A stretch of 64,000 nt of DNA from Dehalococcoidia bacterium (GTDB lineage: Bacteria; Chloroflexota; Dehalococcoidia; UBA2979): positions 3,541,408-3,605,407 of the forward strand of contig OZ253555.1 in NCBI GenBank assembly GCA_965262725.1, written 5' to 3'. Within the stretch, counting starts at the first letter, position 1. The number at the start of each line of letters is the position of its first letter. The notes beneath the pieces are model-generated. The model was given only the letters and a program-made list of their open reading frames with translations. It was not told the DNA's origin and ran no database searches. Shown here in pieces: positions 17,978-26,443 of the stretch. The position numbers and the translations under genes are program-made.

Positions 17978-18667
17978 ATGTACATCATCGTCGTCGGCGG
18001 CGGGCGCGTCGGGCGGGGTCTCGCGCTCGAGCTGCAGGAGCAGCCCGACCACGAGGTCGTCGTGATCGAGCGCGGAGCGGAGCGCGTCACGGAGCTACGC
18101 GAGGAACTCGGCGAGATGGTGGTGCGCGGCGACGGCACGGAGGTGGCCCTGCTCGAGAGCGCCGGCGCCTTCCGCTGCGATCTCCTGATCTCGCTCACCG
18201 ACAACGACGCGCACAACCTCGTCGCCTGCCAGGTCGCGGCGCACCATTTCGGCGTGCCCCGCACCATCGCGCGCGTCGACGACCCGAGCAACGAGCGGCT
18301 CTTCCGCCTGCTCGGGGTCGGCGAGACGATCTCGGCGGCACGGGCCGTGATGGCGCAGATCGAGGCGACCCTGCCGGAGCACACCGTCGTCCCGCTGCTG
18401 CCGCTGCACAGCTCGGGCCTGCAGATCGTCGAACTCCACGTCCAGCCGGGCTCGCCTGCATGCGGCAAGGCGATCCGGGATCTGGTCCTGCCGCAGCCCT
18501 CCCTGATCTCGCTGGTGATCCGGCCGGACGGTGAGCCCAGGATCCCCAGCGGGGACACGGTGCTCCAGGCGGGTGACGAGGTGATCGCGGTGACGCCCGA
18601 GGACGCGGAGGCGCAGCTGCGCGCACTGATCGCCACCCCGGACCAGCCGCCCGAGGAGCAGGCGTGA
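17978..18667 (+). CDS. trkA: TrkA-family potassium uptake protein (TrkA-N plus TrkA-C)
   Basis: Lower part of ORF 17918..18667, from ATG 17978 (MYIIVVGGGRVGRGLA). C-terminal RCK-C-like LQIVELHVQPGSPACGKAIRDL...GDEVIAV. Confidence 0.85.
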   Translation: MYIIVVGGGRVGRGLALELQEQPDHEVVVIERGAERVTELREELGEMVVRGDGTEVALLESAGAFRCDLLISLTDNDAHNLVACQVAAHHFGVPRTIARVDDPSNERLFRLLGVGETISAARAVMAQIEATLPEHTVVPLLPLHSSGLQIVELHVQPGSPACGKAIRDLVLPQPSLISLVIRPDGEPRIPSGDTVLQAGDEVIAVTPEDAEAQLRALIATPDQPPEEQA

Positions 18668-19503
18668 TCCGGCTGACCCACCTCGGACCGCGCGGGACCT
18701 ACACCGAGGCCGCCGCCTCCCTCTACGACCCGGGCGCCGAACTGGTGCCCGTCTCCACCGTCTCCGAGGCCGTAGCGACGGTCGAGCGCGGGGAGGCACA
18801 GGCGTGCGTCTGCGCCCTCGAGAACTCGCTGGAGGGCGGCGTCCGGGACACTCTCGACCAGCTGCTGCGCGAGGATCTGGCCCTCGACATCTCGGCCGAG
18901 CTCGTGCTCCCGATCCGCCACGCACTCGTCGGAGCGGCCGGCTCGGACCCGGCCGCCGCGACGGTCGTCTACTCGCATCCGCAGGCCCTGGCGCAGTGCC
19001 GTCACCAGCTTCAGGCGATCGCCCCCGGGGCGCATCCCGTGGCGTCGCTCTCGACCGCGGCCGCCATCGAGTCGGCGCTCTCAGAGCCCGGGGCGCTCGC
19101 CATCGGCAACGCACGCGCGGCCGACCTCTACGGGGCCCGGGTCCTCCACCCCGACCTCGCCGACGAGTCCGACAACGAGACGCGCTTCGTCGTGCTGGCC
19201 GCGACGGACCACCCGGCCACCGGCGACGACAAGACGTCGATCGCCTTCACGACGCAGCACGACCGGCCGGGCTCCCTGATGGAGGCGCTCACGCTCTTCT
19301 ATGAGCAGGACATCAACCTCACCCGCGTCGAGTCCCGCCCGACGCGGCGCCAGCTCGGCACGTATGTCTTCCTGCTCGACATGGAGGGCCACCGGACCGA
19401 CGGTCGCATCGCCGAGGCGCTTCGGGACCTCGGAGAACTCGCCGAATGGCTGCGCGTCTTCGGGTCCTACCCACGCTGGCGCGGCCCTCGCGCCCGGGAC
19501 TAG
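18664..19503 (+). CDS. pheA: Prephenate dehydratase with ACT domain
   Basis: ORF 18664..19503. GTG start overlaps the trkA stop (GTGA). LGPRGTYTEAA, NETRFVVL, TSIAF...DRPGSL, ESRP. Confidence 0.9.
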   Translation: MIRLTHLGPRGTYTEAAASLYDPGAELVPVSTVSEAVATVERGEAQACVCALENSLEGGVRDTLDQLLREDLALDISAELVLPIRHALVGAAGSDPAAATVVYSHPQALAQCRHQLQAIAPGAHPVASLSTAAAIESALSEPGALAIGNARAADLYGARVLHPDLADESDNETRFVVLAATDHPATGDDKTSIAFTTQHDRPGSLMEALTLFYEQDINLTRVESRPTRRQLGTYVFLLDMEGHRTDGRIAEALRDLGELAEWLRVFGSYPRWRGPRARD

Positions 19504-19524
19504 CGGGCGCGAGGCGTCGCCCCC

Positions 19525-20337
19525 GTGCCCGAGATACCCGACCTGGAGGCGATCCGCGGCTTCCTCGGGACCGCGCTCGCCGGACGGCCGGTCGAGGCGG
19601 TGGAGGTCCGCCTCCCGTGGCTCATCCGGAGCGAGCAGCGGCTCGAGAGCCTGGTCGGACACGTGCTCGGTCCGGTAGAGCGGCGCGGGAAGTTCCTGCT
19701 GATCACAGTCGACGACGGGTGCACCGTGGTCATGAACGCGATGCTGACGGGACGCTTCCAGTGGGCGGAGGCCGGCACGAGGCGGCGACCGCACTACGCG
19801 GTGGTCCTCGCCTTCGCCGAGGGACGCGAACTTCGCTACATGGACGCACGGCGGATGGGCCGCTGGTACGTCGTGCCCGCAGCCCAGCTCCATTCCGTCC
19901 CGCAGCTCGCCGACCTCGGACCCGATGCGCTCGCCGTCACAGAGGACGAGTTCATCGAGCGACTGCGCCGCCATCGCGGCCAGATCAAGCCCACGCTGAC
20001 CAACCAGCGCTTCGTCGCGGGTATCGGGAACGCGTACTCGGACGAGATACTGTGGGAGGCCCGGCTGCACCCACACCGCCGCCGCGCGACAATGGACGAC
20101 GAGGAGCAGCGCCGGCTCTACCGTGCGATGGGCGACGTCTACCGCTGGGCGATTCCGATCGTCGCGCGGGAGGTGGCGGAGGGACTGAACCAGAGCACAC
20201 AGGAGTGGCGCGCGCACCTGCGCGTGCACCGGCGTGCGGGCGAGGCCTGCCCGCGCTGCGGTTCGACAGTTCGCGGCCAGCGCCGCGGTGGCAGCGAGAC
20301 GAACTACTGCCTGAGCTGCCAGCCGCTCGCGGTATAG
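19525..20337 (+). CDS. Fpg/Nei-family DNA glycosylase / AP lyase
   Basis: ORF 19525..20337. N-terminal MPEIPDLE, H2TH region GIGNAYSDEILWEARL, C-terminal zinc finger CPRCGS...YCLSCQ. Confidence 0.85.
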   Translation: MPEIPDLEAIRGFLGTALAGRPVEAVEVRLPWLIRSEQRLESLVGHVLGPVERRGKFLLITVDDGCTVVMNAMLTGRFQWAEAGTRRRPHYAVVLAFAEGRELRYMDARRMGRWYVVPAAQLHSVPQLADLGPDALAVTEDEFIERLRRHRGQIKPTLTNQRFVAGIGNAYSDEILWEARLHPHRRRATMDDEEQRRLYRAMGDVYRWAIPIVAREVAEGLNQSTQEWRAHLRVHRRAGEACPRCGSTVRGQRRGGSETNYCLSCQPLAV

Positions 20338-20361
20338 TGGCCCGAGTTTGGGGGGGCGGGA

Positions 20362-21075
20362 ATGAAGGTCATCGGACGCAACCTGGGCGAGGCGATCGAT
20401 CCTCTCTACCAAGACATCGAGCACCGCCTCGGCACGGAGGGCGGCCATCGCCGCCTCGAGGTCACGAGCACGGAGGACGGCGCTCTCTCCAGCATCCGCT
20501 GGCGCGACGACGAGGTCACGATCGCCGTGCGCAAGGGGATCCCGACGCACGCGCTGCCGCACGTCCTCGCCGTGGCGCTGCAGCACGTCCGCCAGCGGCT
20601 CGACGGCTACCCCGACGTGGTCCGCTCCGACCGGCCGCAGCCGGAGGGCGCCGGACTCACGCGCACCGCGCTCCGCGAACTGGTGCTCGCCCCGGAGGCA
20701 GAGCAGCACCTCGAACCGCTCGGCCTCGACGATCGCTGGGAGGCCGAGCAGCGTCACAAGGGGCTGAAGCAATTGCTCCGCGACGCCGGGGAGGACTGGA
20801 ACGAGCCGGGCACGCCGGCACACCAGTTCGCGGCGCTCTCCTACGCGCGCTACGCCCTGCAGCACCCGCCCGAGATGTGGGAGAGCCTCGGTGAGGCGAT
20901 GCGCGATCAGCTCCCGAAGGCGACCGCCTCCGGCGAGGAGGTGCTCACCCTCGTCTCGCGCCACGGGTGGAAGGACGCGAGCACCATGCTCAAGACGCTC
21001 ACCGAGGTGAGGGACGTCTTGCAGATGCGGCCCTACACGCTCATCCAGGACCGGCGCACGGGCGGCCTCTACTAG
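20362..21075 (+). CDS. Hypothetical protein, 237 aa, no family recognised
   Basis: ORF 20362..21075. ATG follows GGGGGGCGGGA. The composition looks like a real protein. Confidence 0.55.
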   Translation: MKVIGRNLGEAIDPLYQDIEHRLGTEGGHRRLEVTSTEDGALSSIRWRDDEVTIAVRKGIPTHALPHVLAVALQHVRQRLDGYPDVVRSDRPQPEGAGLTRTALRELVLAPEAEQHLEPLGLDDRWEAEQRHKGLKQLLRDAGEDWNEPGTPAHQFAALSYARYALQHPPEMWESLGEAMRDQLPKATASGEEVLTLVSRHGWKDASTMLKTLTEVRDVLQMRPYTLIQDRRTGGLY

Positions 21076-21692
21076 CCCGACGCCTCGACGCGGGCGGGGC
21101 TGGCGACGGCGGCCCCCTCCCCGGAATCGCGCGTCGCCGCGACGCGCCCTCGCGACGCGCCCCCGAGCCAGCCGACCAGGAACGGCGCCCACTCGGCGTA
21201 GCGCTCCAGGTAGGGTCCGTAGATCGCGGCGTAGCTCGCCCCCGGGCGGAACGGCGAGCGTCTCAGCACCATCCTCGCCTCCCCCGGCGTGCGCCCGCCC
21301 TTGCGGTGGTTGCAGGCCGTGCAGGCCGTGACGACGTTGCCCCACTCGTGGACACCGCCGCGGTGGCGCGGCAGCACGTGGTCGAGCGTCAGATCCGAGG
21401 CGCACCCGCAGTACTGGCAGCGCCCGTGATCGCGAGCGAAGACGCCGCGGCGTGTCAGCCGCACGTGCGGTCGCGGACGGCGCACCTGCGTCACGAGGCG
21501 TATGACGGAGGGGCGCGCGTACACGGCAGAGACCGAACGTAGCTCCTCTCGCGCCGCGTGCAGCAGCTCCGCCTTGCCGCGAAAGACCAGCAGGAAGGCA
21601 CGCCGCACCGAGCAGACATCGAGCGGCTCGTAGTTCTGGTTGAGCACGAGCGCTCTCTGGTGCAGCGCATGAACCGGCACGTCGCACCTCAC
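21072..21692 (-). CDS. HNH endonuclease (McrA-like, stand-alone)
   Basis: ORF 21072..21692. ALVLNQNYEPL N-terminal region. CQYCG...LTLDHVLPRHRGG...NVVTACTACNHRK HNH zinc motif. Confidence 0.8.
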   Translation of the reverse strand: MRCDVPVHALHQRALVLNQNYEPLDVCSVRRAFLLVFRGKAELLHAAREELRSVSAVYARPSVIRLVTQVRRPRPHVRLTRRGVFARDHGRCQYCGCASDLTLDHVLPRHRGGVHEWGNVVTACTACNHRKGGRTPGEARMVLRRSPFRPGASYAAIYGPYLERYAEWAPFLVGWLGGASRGRVAATRDSGEGAAVASPARVEASG

Positions 21693-21798
21693 GCTCCGCG
21701 TGGCGGCCCGGGCGCCGAGTCTAGCCGATCGCGCACCGCCTCCGCCCGGCGCCGGACACCGCGCCCGCAGCGCCGCCTCGGGAGCACGGCCGAGTGCG

Positions 21799-22296
21799 CT
21801 ACACGCTCAGAAGGTCTGTCACCTCGGCGGGAAGTAGCGGCTCGACGACGAAGAACCCCTCGAGGAAGAGCGAGGCCAGGGCGGACGATTCGGCCGCCGC
21901 GGTGAGACCCGTTGCCGCGGGGAAGGCCGTGACCGCGACCAGGAGCACCTCGACGACGACGACGCCCTTGAGCAGGCCGAACGCCGCGCCCCCCAGGCTG
22001 TCGACGGGTCCGAGCAGCAGGAGCGCGGCCGTGCGGCGCAGGAGGAGGGCGACGATCTGGCCGATCACGACCACCCCGGTGAAGATCGCCACGAAGGCCA
22101 CGAGTTCGCGGGTGCGCTCGTCCTCCACGAGCACCGCGGCGTCGGCCGCGAGCTCCATGTAGAGCTTCCCCGCCAGCAGCGCACCGAAGACGACGGCCGC
22201 GAGCATCACGACCTCACGGACGAGGCCGACCACGAAGGCGCGCCACGTGAGCGCGCCGAGGATGACGACAATCGCGAGATCGAGCCAGTTCAGCAA
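21799..22296 (-). CDS. cvpA: CvpA-family membrane protein
   Basis: Lower part of ORF 21799..22515. Probable TTG start 22294-22296 (LLNWLDLAIVVILGALTW). Four hydrophobic helices. Confidence 0.7.
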   Translation of the reverse strand: MLNWLDLAIVVILGALTWRAFVVGLVREVVMLAAVVFGALLAGKLYMELAADAAVLVEDERTRELVAFVAIFTGVVVIGQIVALLLRRTAALLLLGPVDSLGGAAFGLLKGVVVVEVLLVAVTAFPAATGLTAAAESSALASLFLEGFFVVEPLLPAEVTDLLSV

Positions 22297-22490
22297 CGGC
22301 CCCCCGGAGGCTGGCCCCGTGGCGATCGTAGCACGCGCGAGCCATCTCACTCCCCGGTGGGAGGCGTCATCACTACGCGGCGTCGAGCGAGCGGCCGTCA
22401 GGGCGGGCTCCGTGCGTTGCGACGAGCGCCCGCCGGGTCTCTCCCGCGGCGCTCGCCCCCACACCGCATGAGAGAGGCAAGAGGAGCCGC

Positions 22491-23072
22491 TCAGCGCAGA
22501 TGCGGAGGGCGCCACTCGCCGGGTTGCTGCCCCGACGAGCCCTCCCCCGAGCCCTCTGTGGCGCCACCGCCGCCGCCCTCGCTTCCCGAGGACGGCGAGG
22601 GGTCGGCCCTCTGCGCCGCCACCTCGGCGGCGCGCCGGCTCAGCCGCAGGCGGACCACGCGATGCGTGTGGGGCCAGTGCTCCATCTCGACCTCATCCCC
22701 CTCCTCCAGCTCGTGGTAGGCGGGGACGGAGACGACGAAGGCACCCTCCCTGAGGAGGAGGTAGTGCGTCCGGCCCAGCCACATGAAGAGGCCCGGCCGC
22801 CGCTTCCTTAGCACGACGGAGGTGGTCGTGACCGGAGCGGCGCGGAGATCGCGCAACGCGCCGCTCGCCTGGAAGGACGTGCCGAAGAGGGCCAGGCCCA
22901 ACACCGTCAGCCCGATCAGCGCCCCCATGTCGCCACCGAGGAGCACGCGCAAGAGCCAGACGACGCCCGACCCGCTGATCGCGGCGAGCGGCGTATAGAG
23001 CATCACCATCCGCACGAGACCGCGGCGATCGGGCGTCCCCTCCTCCAGCACGTCGAATCGGCCTCGCATCAT
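22491..23072 (-). CDS. Hypothetical membrane protein (two TM helices, soluble C-terminal domain, Gly/Ser-rich tail)
   Basis: ORF 22491..23072. VVWLLRVLLGGDMGALIGLTVLGLALFG. Confidence 0.5.
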   Translation of the reverse strand: MMRGRFDVLEEGTPDRRGLVRMVMLYTPLAAISGSGVVWLLRVLLGGDMGALIGLTVLGLALFGTSFQASGALRDLRAAPVTTTSVVLRKRRPGLFMWLGRTHYLLLREGAFVVSVPAYHELEEGDEVEMEHWPHTHRVVRLRLSRRAAEVAAQRADPSPSSGSEGGGGGATEGSGEGSSGQQPGEWRPPHLR

Positions 23073-23105
23073 CCCCCCCGAGAACGCGGTCGCGCGGCGT
23101 CGAGT

Positions 23106-23762
23106 CTACTGCGCGGGAATCGTGATCACCTGGCCGATTTGGATATTCGAGACATCGGTGATGCCGTTTTCCTCCACGATCCGCTCCAGCAACTCCTCGC
23201 GGTCGCCGCCGGGTGCGAGGAAGAGGTCGATGATCGCCGAGAGCGTATCCCCCTCCTGCACCGTGTACTCGAGCTCCGCTTGGGGCGTGGGGGTCGCCGC
23301 AGTCGGCGTCGCGGTCGGCACCGCGCTCACGACGGGCCCCGCCTCGGCCGTGGCCCGGGGAAGAGCGCCGGCCTGCGACGCCGGCGTCGGCGTCGGCGTC
23401 GACGTGGAGGACGGGGCATCACGCCCGAGCACGCCGGCGATCGACGCGGGGGGTCGACCGCCCGGGTCGGCGCCCTGAGGCGAAAACACCAGAAGCCAGA
23501 CCGCCACGACGGAGCCCGCGATCAGCGCGAGCAGCGATCCCCGGTAGACCCAGTACGACGGGAGCGCGCGCTCGGGGTCCATGCAGCGCGAGCAGAGGGC
23601 CTCCCCGTGCTCGTCACAGAAGAGCGCACCGCACCGCGGGCACTCCGCTACCGCCTCGAGATCACAGGCGTAGCACTCCACGAGCACGAGGGTAGCGCAG
23701 CGGCGCGCCCCTCGGCACGCCCGGAGCCCGACCGGCGGTGCACAGGGGGTGGGAGCACGCAC
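23106..23762 (-). CDS. Zinc-ribbon / TM / LysM domain protein
   Basis: ORF 23106..23762. CYACDLEAVAECPRCGALFCDEHGEALCSRC, TM helix LLALIAGSVVAVWLLVF, Thr/Pro linker, C-terminal LysM YTVQEGDTLSAI...IQIGQVITIP. The start may be GTG near 23681-23687. Confidence 0.7.
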   Translation of the reverse strand: MRAPTPCAPPVGLRACRGARRCATLVLVECYACDLEAVAECPRCGALFCDEHGEALCSRCMDPERALPSYWVYRGSLLALIAGSVVAVWLLVFSPQGADPGGRPPASIAGVLGRDAPSSTSTPTPTPASQAGALPRATAEAGPVVSAVPTATPTAATPTPQAELEYTVQEGDTLSAIIDLFLAPGGDREELLERIVEENGITDVSNIQIGQVITIPAQ

Positions 23763-23972
23763 GAAGAGCGGAGAAAGGCGCCCCCGGATCGGCCGGCGAC
23801 CGACCGCCGGGGATCGAGTGGCGAGAGCGGCCGGAGAGCGCCCGTCAGGGAGCGTCGATGATGCCGCCGAGGAGCGTCACCCCGGCCACAGCGCCCCGGG
23901 CCGGCCAGCGCCCGCGCGGTGCCGGGAGGCGTGCGCCGGCCTGTCCGGCCCGCGTCGCCACCCCGGCGTGGG

Positions 23973-23987
23973 CTAGCAGGGTCGGGA
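23973..23987 (+). repeat. CTAG target duplication plus left inverted repeat of the IS (CTAG CAGGGTCGGGA)
   Basis: Matches the reverse complement of 25359-25373 (CTAG CAGGGTTGTGA) at 13 of 15 positions. Confidence 0.5.
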
Positions 23988-24123
23988 AAAAGGCCCCCTT
24001 TGGCGCGGCCACGGAGCGAATCACCGCCAAGAGGGCGTATGCGGCGTCATTTCGGGGCCGATTCTGGCCCCCTCCGGGGCTCTCTCAGCCCGTCCGGGCG
24101 CCCCGGGACCTACTCCGGGCGCA

Positions 24124-25200
24124 CTACGCCCGTGACAGCGCGGCGTCGATATTGGCCACGCGCACCAGGTTGTACGCGGCAGCGCCCATCTCCATCCAGA
24201 AACCGTTGACCTGTTCGCCGATGTAGCGGAGCTTGCGCCCGCCCCCCACGGTCTTCAGCCACCCGAAGCTCTCCTCCACCATCTTGCGCCGGCGCTGACT
24301 CACCTCGTAGCCGGGCGTCTGCGCCACCTCCTCGGGGATGGCGCTGTGCTTCGCTCGCCGTGCCACGTGCGGCACGACCCCGAGTTCGCACAGCCCCTCC
24401 ACGAAGTGCTTCGCGTCGTATCCCTTGTCGGCGCCCAGCGTCGCCCCCGGTGTCAGGCTGCGCTCGGCCATGGCCAGCGCCGCATCCCGCTCCGCCCGCC
24501 CGTGCGCCGTCGTGAGCTCGACATCGACGATGAGCCCGTTGCGGTTCTCCGTCATCACATGCCCGATGTAGCTCGGGCGCGCCGCCTGCCCGTTCCCCTT
24601 CCGGTACAGGTGCGCGCCGGGATCGGTCGTGCTGACGTGGGTGTCCCGGTGCCGGCGCTCGCCGCGGAAGTCGACGTCCGGATTGCGGCCCGCAGGCTTG
24701 TCCCCGTCCTGCTCGTCGCGTGACCGGTAGCTCTTGTGCGACGCCCACGCCTCGAGCTGCGACCCGTCGACCGTGAAGTGCTCCTCGGACAGCAGGTTCC
24801 GCTCCCTCGCCTCCCTCACGACTTCCTCGAAGAACCCCCGGGCGATGTCGCCGTCAAGGAGCCGGGAGCGGTTCTTCGAGAACGTGGAGCGGTCGAAGGA
24901 ACCGGGGTCTCCCGGGAGGTCGAGGAACCACTTGAACGCCATGTCGGACCGCAGCCGCTCGCAGAACTGGCTCTCGCTACGAATCGAGAAGAAGGCGATG
25001 AGGAGTGTCGACTTGAGCAGCGTCTCGGGCGGAATCGACGGTCGCCCGGACTCGCTGTAGAGACCGTCGAAGCGCGGGGAGAGATTGGCGAGCGCCCGGT
25101 CGACGATGGGCTTGATGCGTCGGAGCGGGTGGTCGCTGGGGACGAACATCTCCGGGCAGGTGAGAGTGGCGCGGCCCTGGTCCTCGCTCTGTCCTCGCAT
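24124..25200 (-). CDS. IS5-family DDE transposase (InsH-like N-terminal domain plus DDE_Tnp_1-like core)
   Basis: ORF 24124..25200. SGRPSIPPETLLKSTLLIAFFSIRSESQFCERL, FTVDGSQLEAWAS, LGADKGYD, VEESFGWLK. Confidence 0.9.
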   Translation of the reverse strand: MRGQSEDQGRATLTCPEMFVPSDHPLRRIKPIVDRALANLSPRFDGLYSESGRPSIPPETLLKSTLLIAFFSIRSESQFCERLRSDMAFKWFLDLPGDPGSFDRSTFSKNRSRLLDGDIARGFFEEVVREARERNLLSEEHFTVDGSQLEAWASHKSYRSRDEQDGDKPAGRNPDVDFRGERRHRDTHVSTTDPGAHLYRKGNGQAARPSYIGHVMTENRNGLIVDVELTTAHGRAERDAALAMAERSLTPGATLGADKGYDAKHFVEGLCELGVVPHVARRAKHSAIPEEVAQTPGYEVSQRRRKMVEESFGWLKTVGGGRKLRYIGEQVNGFWMEMGAAAYNLVRVANIDAALSRA

Positions 25201-25240
25201 CGATATCCTCCCTCGTGGGGGTCCCTCTTGTATGATCGTT

Positions 25241-25269
25241 AGTATACTCGTCTTATCAGTTACAGTCGA
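25241..25269 (-). promoter_or_regulatory. Transposase promoter, TCGACT - 17 nt - TATACT, followed by SD GGGAGG
   Basis: Read on the minus strand: -35 at 25264-25269, -10 at 25241-25246, SD 6 nt before ATG 25200. Confidence 0.45.
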
Positions 25270-25358
25270 CCACTACCTGGGGCTTCTGACAGCTACCGGG
25301 GGCGTTTGTTGCACCCGCGGGGCACCGCCGGCCATGCTCCGGGCACCCAGGGAGAAAA

Positions 25359-25373
25359 TCACAACCCTGCTAG
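25359..25373 (+). repeat. Right inverted repeat of the IS plus CTAG target duplication (contains the rplL stop codon)
   Basis: TCACAACCCTG CTAG. The CTAG at 25370-25373 provides the TAG of rplL on the minus strand. Confidence 0.5.
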
Positions 25374-25747
25374 ACGAGATCGACGGTAGCGCCCGCCTCT
25401 TCGAGCTTCGCCTTCGCGGCCTCCGCGTCCTCCTTGGACGCCCCCTCGCGGACGGGCTTCGGCGCGGCCTCGACGAGGTCCTTCGCCTCCTTCAGTCCGA
25501 GCGTCGTCAGCTCGCGGACCGCCTTGATCACCTTGATCTTGTTCGCGCCGAAGTCCTTCAGCACGACATCGAAGAACGCCTGCTCCTCGGCGGCCGCCGC
25601 ATTGCCGTCCACCGACGGCGCCGCAACCACCGCGACCGGCGCCGCCGCCGTGACGCCGAACTCATCCTCGATCGCCCGATTCAGGTCGCGGAGTTCGATG
25701 ATCGTCATCCCGCGGATGATCTCCAGCGCCTCGTCCACCTTCGCCAT
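25370..25747 (-). CDS. rplL: 50S ribosomal protein L7/L12
   Basis: ORF 25370..25747. [24 protein letters not shown]. Confidence 0.95.
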   Translation of the reverse strand: MAKVDEALEIIRGMTIIELRDLNRAIEDEFGVTAAAPVAVVAAPSVDGNAAAAEEQAFFDVVLKDFGANKIKVIKAVRELTTLGLKEAKDLVEAAPKPVREGASKEDAEAAKAKLEEAGATVDLV

Positions 25748-25824
25748 CGTCGTTCCTCCCGCGCTCCGGGCAGCGAAGCCGCCCCGCTCTTCGTCGTGCG
25801 CCGGACCGGCCGGTGCACGCGTCC

Positions 25825-26358
25825 CTACGCGTTCGTCTCCTCGAGCTGCGCCGCCCGGGCCTCGATCAACCCGGCGAATTCACGCGTCACCGCCTGCAGC
25901 AGGCCCGCGAACTCGACGAGCGGACCGACCACGCCACCGGCGATCCGACCGAGCAGCTCCTCGCGAGGCGGCACCGCCGCGAGCTCCCGGACGAACGCCG
26001 CATCGACGAGCTTCCCCTCGAGCACCGCGCCGCGCAGCTCCACCGGCGACGTCGGGTGCTCTCGCAGGTAGGCCGCGAGCACGCGCGCCGGCGCGGTGAC
26101 GTCCTCGCGCGAGGTCACGAGCGCGGTCGGACCCTGCGCCAGCTCGCCGAAGACGTCGAGCCCCTCGTCTCGGGCCGCGATCCGCAGCAACGTGTTCTTG
26201 ATCACGCGCATCTCGGCCCCGACCCGCGTGAGCTCGCGCCGCAGCAGCACCTGTTCCCCCACCGGGATGCCCTGATACGCCGTCGCGATGGCGATCTGCG
26301 CGTCGCGGATCAGGGCCCGCAGCTCGGTGACCTCCGCAACCTTGCCCGCCGTCGGCAT
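25825..26358 (-). CDS. rplJ: 50S ribosomal protein L10
   Basis: Lower part of ORF 25825..26427, from ATG 26356-26358 ([13 protein letters not shown]). Lies between rplA and rplL. Confidence 0.9.
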   Translation of the reverse strand: MPTAGKVAEVTELRALIRDAQIAIATAYQGIPVGEQVLLRRELTRVGAEMRVIKNTLLRIAARDEGLDVFGELAQGPTALVTSREDVTAPARVLAAYLREHPTSPVELRGAVLEGKLVDAAFVRELAAVPPREELLGRIAGGVVGPLVEFAGLLQAVTREFAGLIEARAAQLEETNA

Positions 26359-26414
26359 ACGCGTTCCTCTCGTGCCGCCCGCCGCCACCGGCGTCCCACG
26401 CCGGAGCGGGCGAC

Positions 26415-26443
26415 AAAAAGCGCTCACCCGCCGGGGTGAGCGC
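26415..26443 (-). terminator. Terminator-like hairpin with U5 tail inside the rplJ leader (putative L10 leader attenuator)
   Basis: The minus-strand RNA reads GCGCUCACCC-CGGC-GGGUGAGCGC-UUUUU. The 10-bp perfect stem ends 57 nt upstream of the rplJ start. Confidence 0.5.

Larger units (their letters stand above)
23977..25369 (-). mobile_element. IS5-family insertion sequence, apparently intact (about 1393 bp)
   Basis: Single DDE transposase ORF, imperfect terminal inverted repeats, flanking CTAG direct repeats, its own promoter and SD, and a locally lower-GC 5' region. Confidence 0.7.

Noticed and set aside
23845-24030. 61-aa minus-strand ORF between the LysM gene and the transposase, considered as the remnant of a gene disrupted by the IS.
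   Set aside because: It spans the inferred IS boundary (23976/23977), so it fuses IS and host sequence. It has no recognisable motif.
24016-25366. Direct-repeat-like GGAGCGAATCACCGCC (near 24016) and GGAGAAAATCACAACC (near 25351), considered as IS target duplications.
   Set aside because: Only 12 of 16 positions match, and both lie inside the CTAG plus inverted-repeat boundaries. The CTAG/CAGGGT solution fits IS5 behaviour and restores the rplL end.
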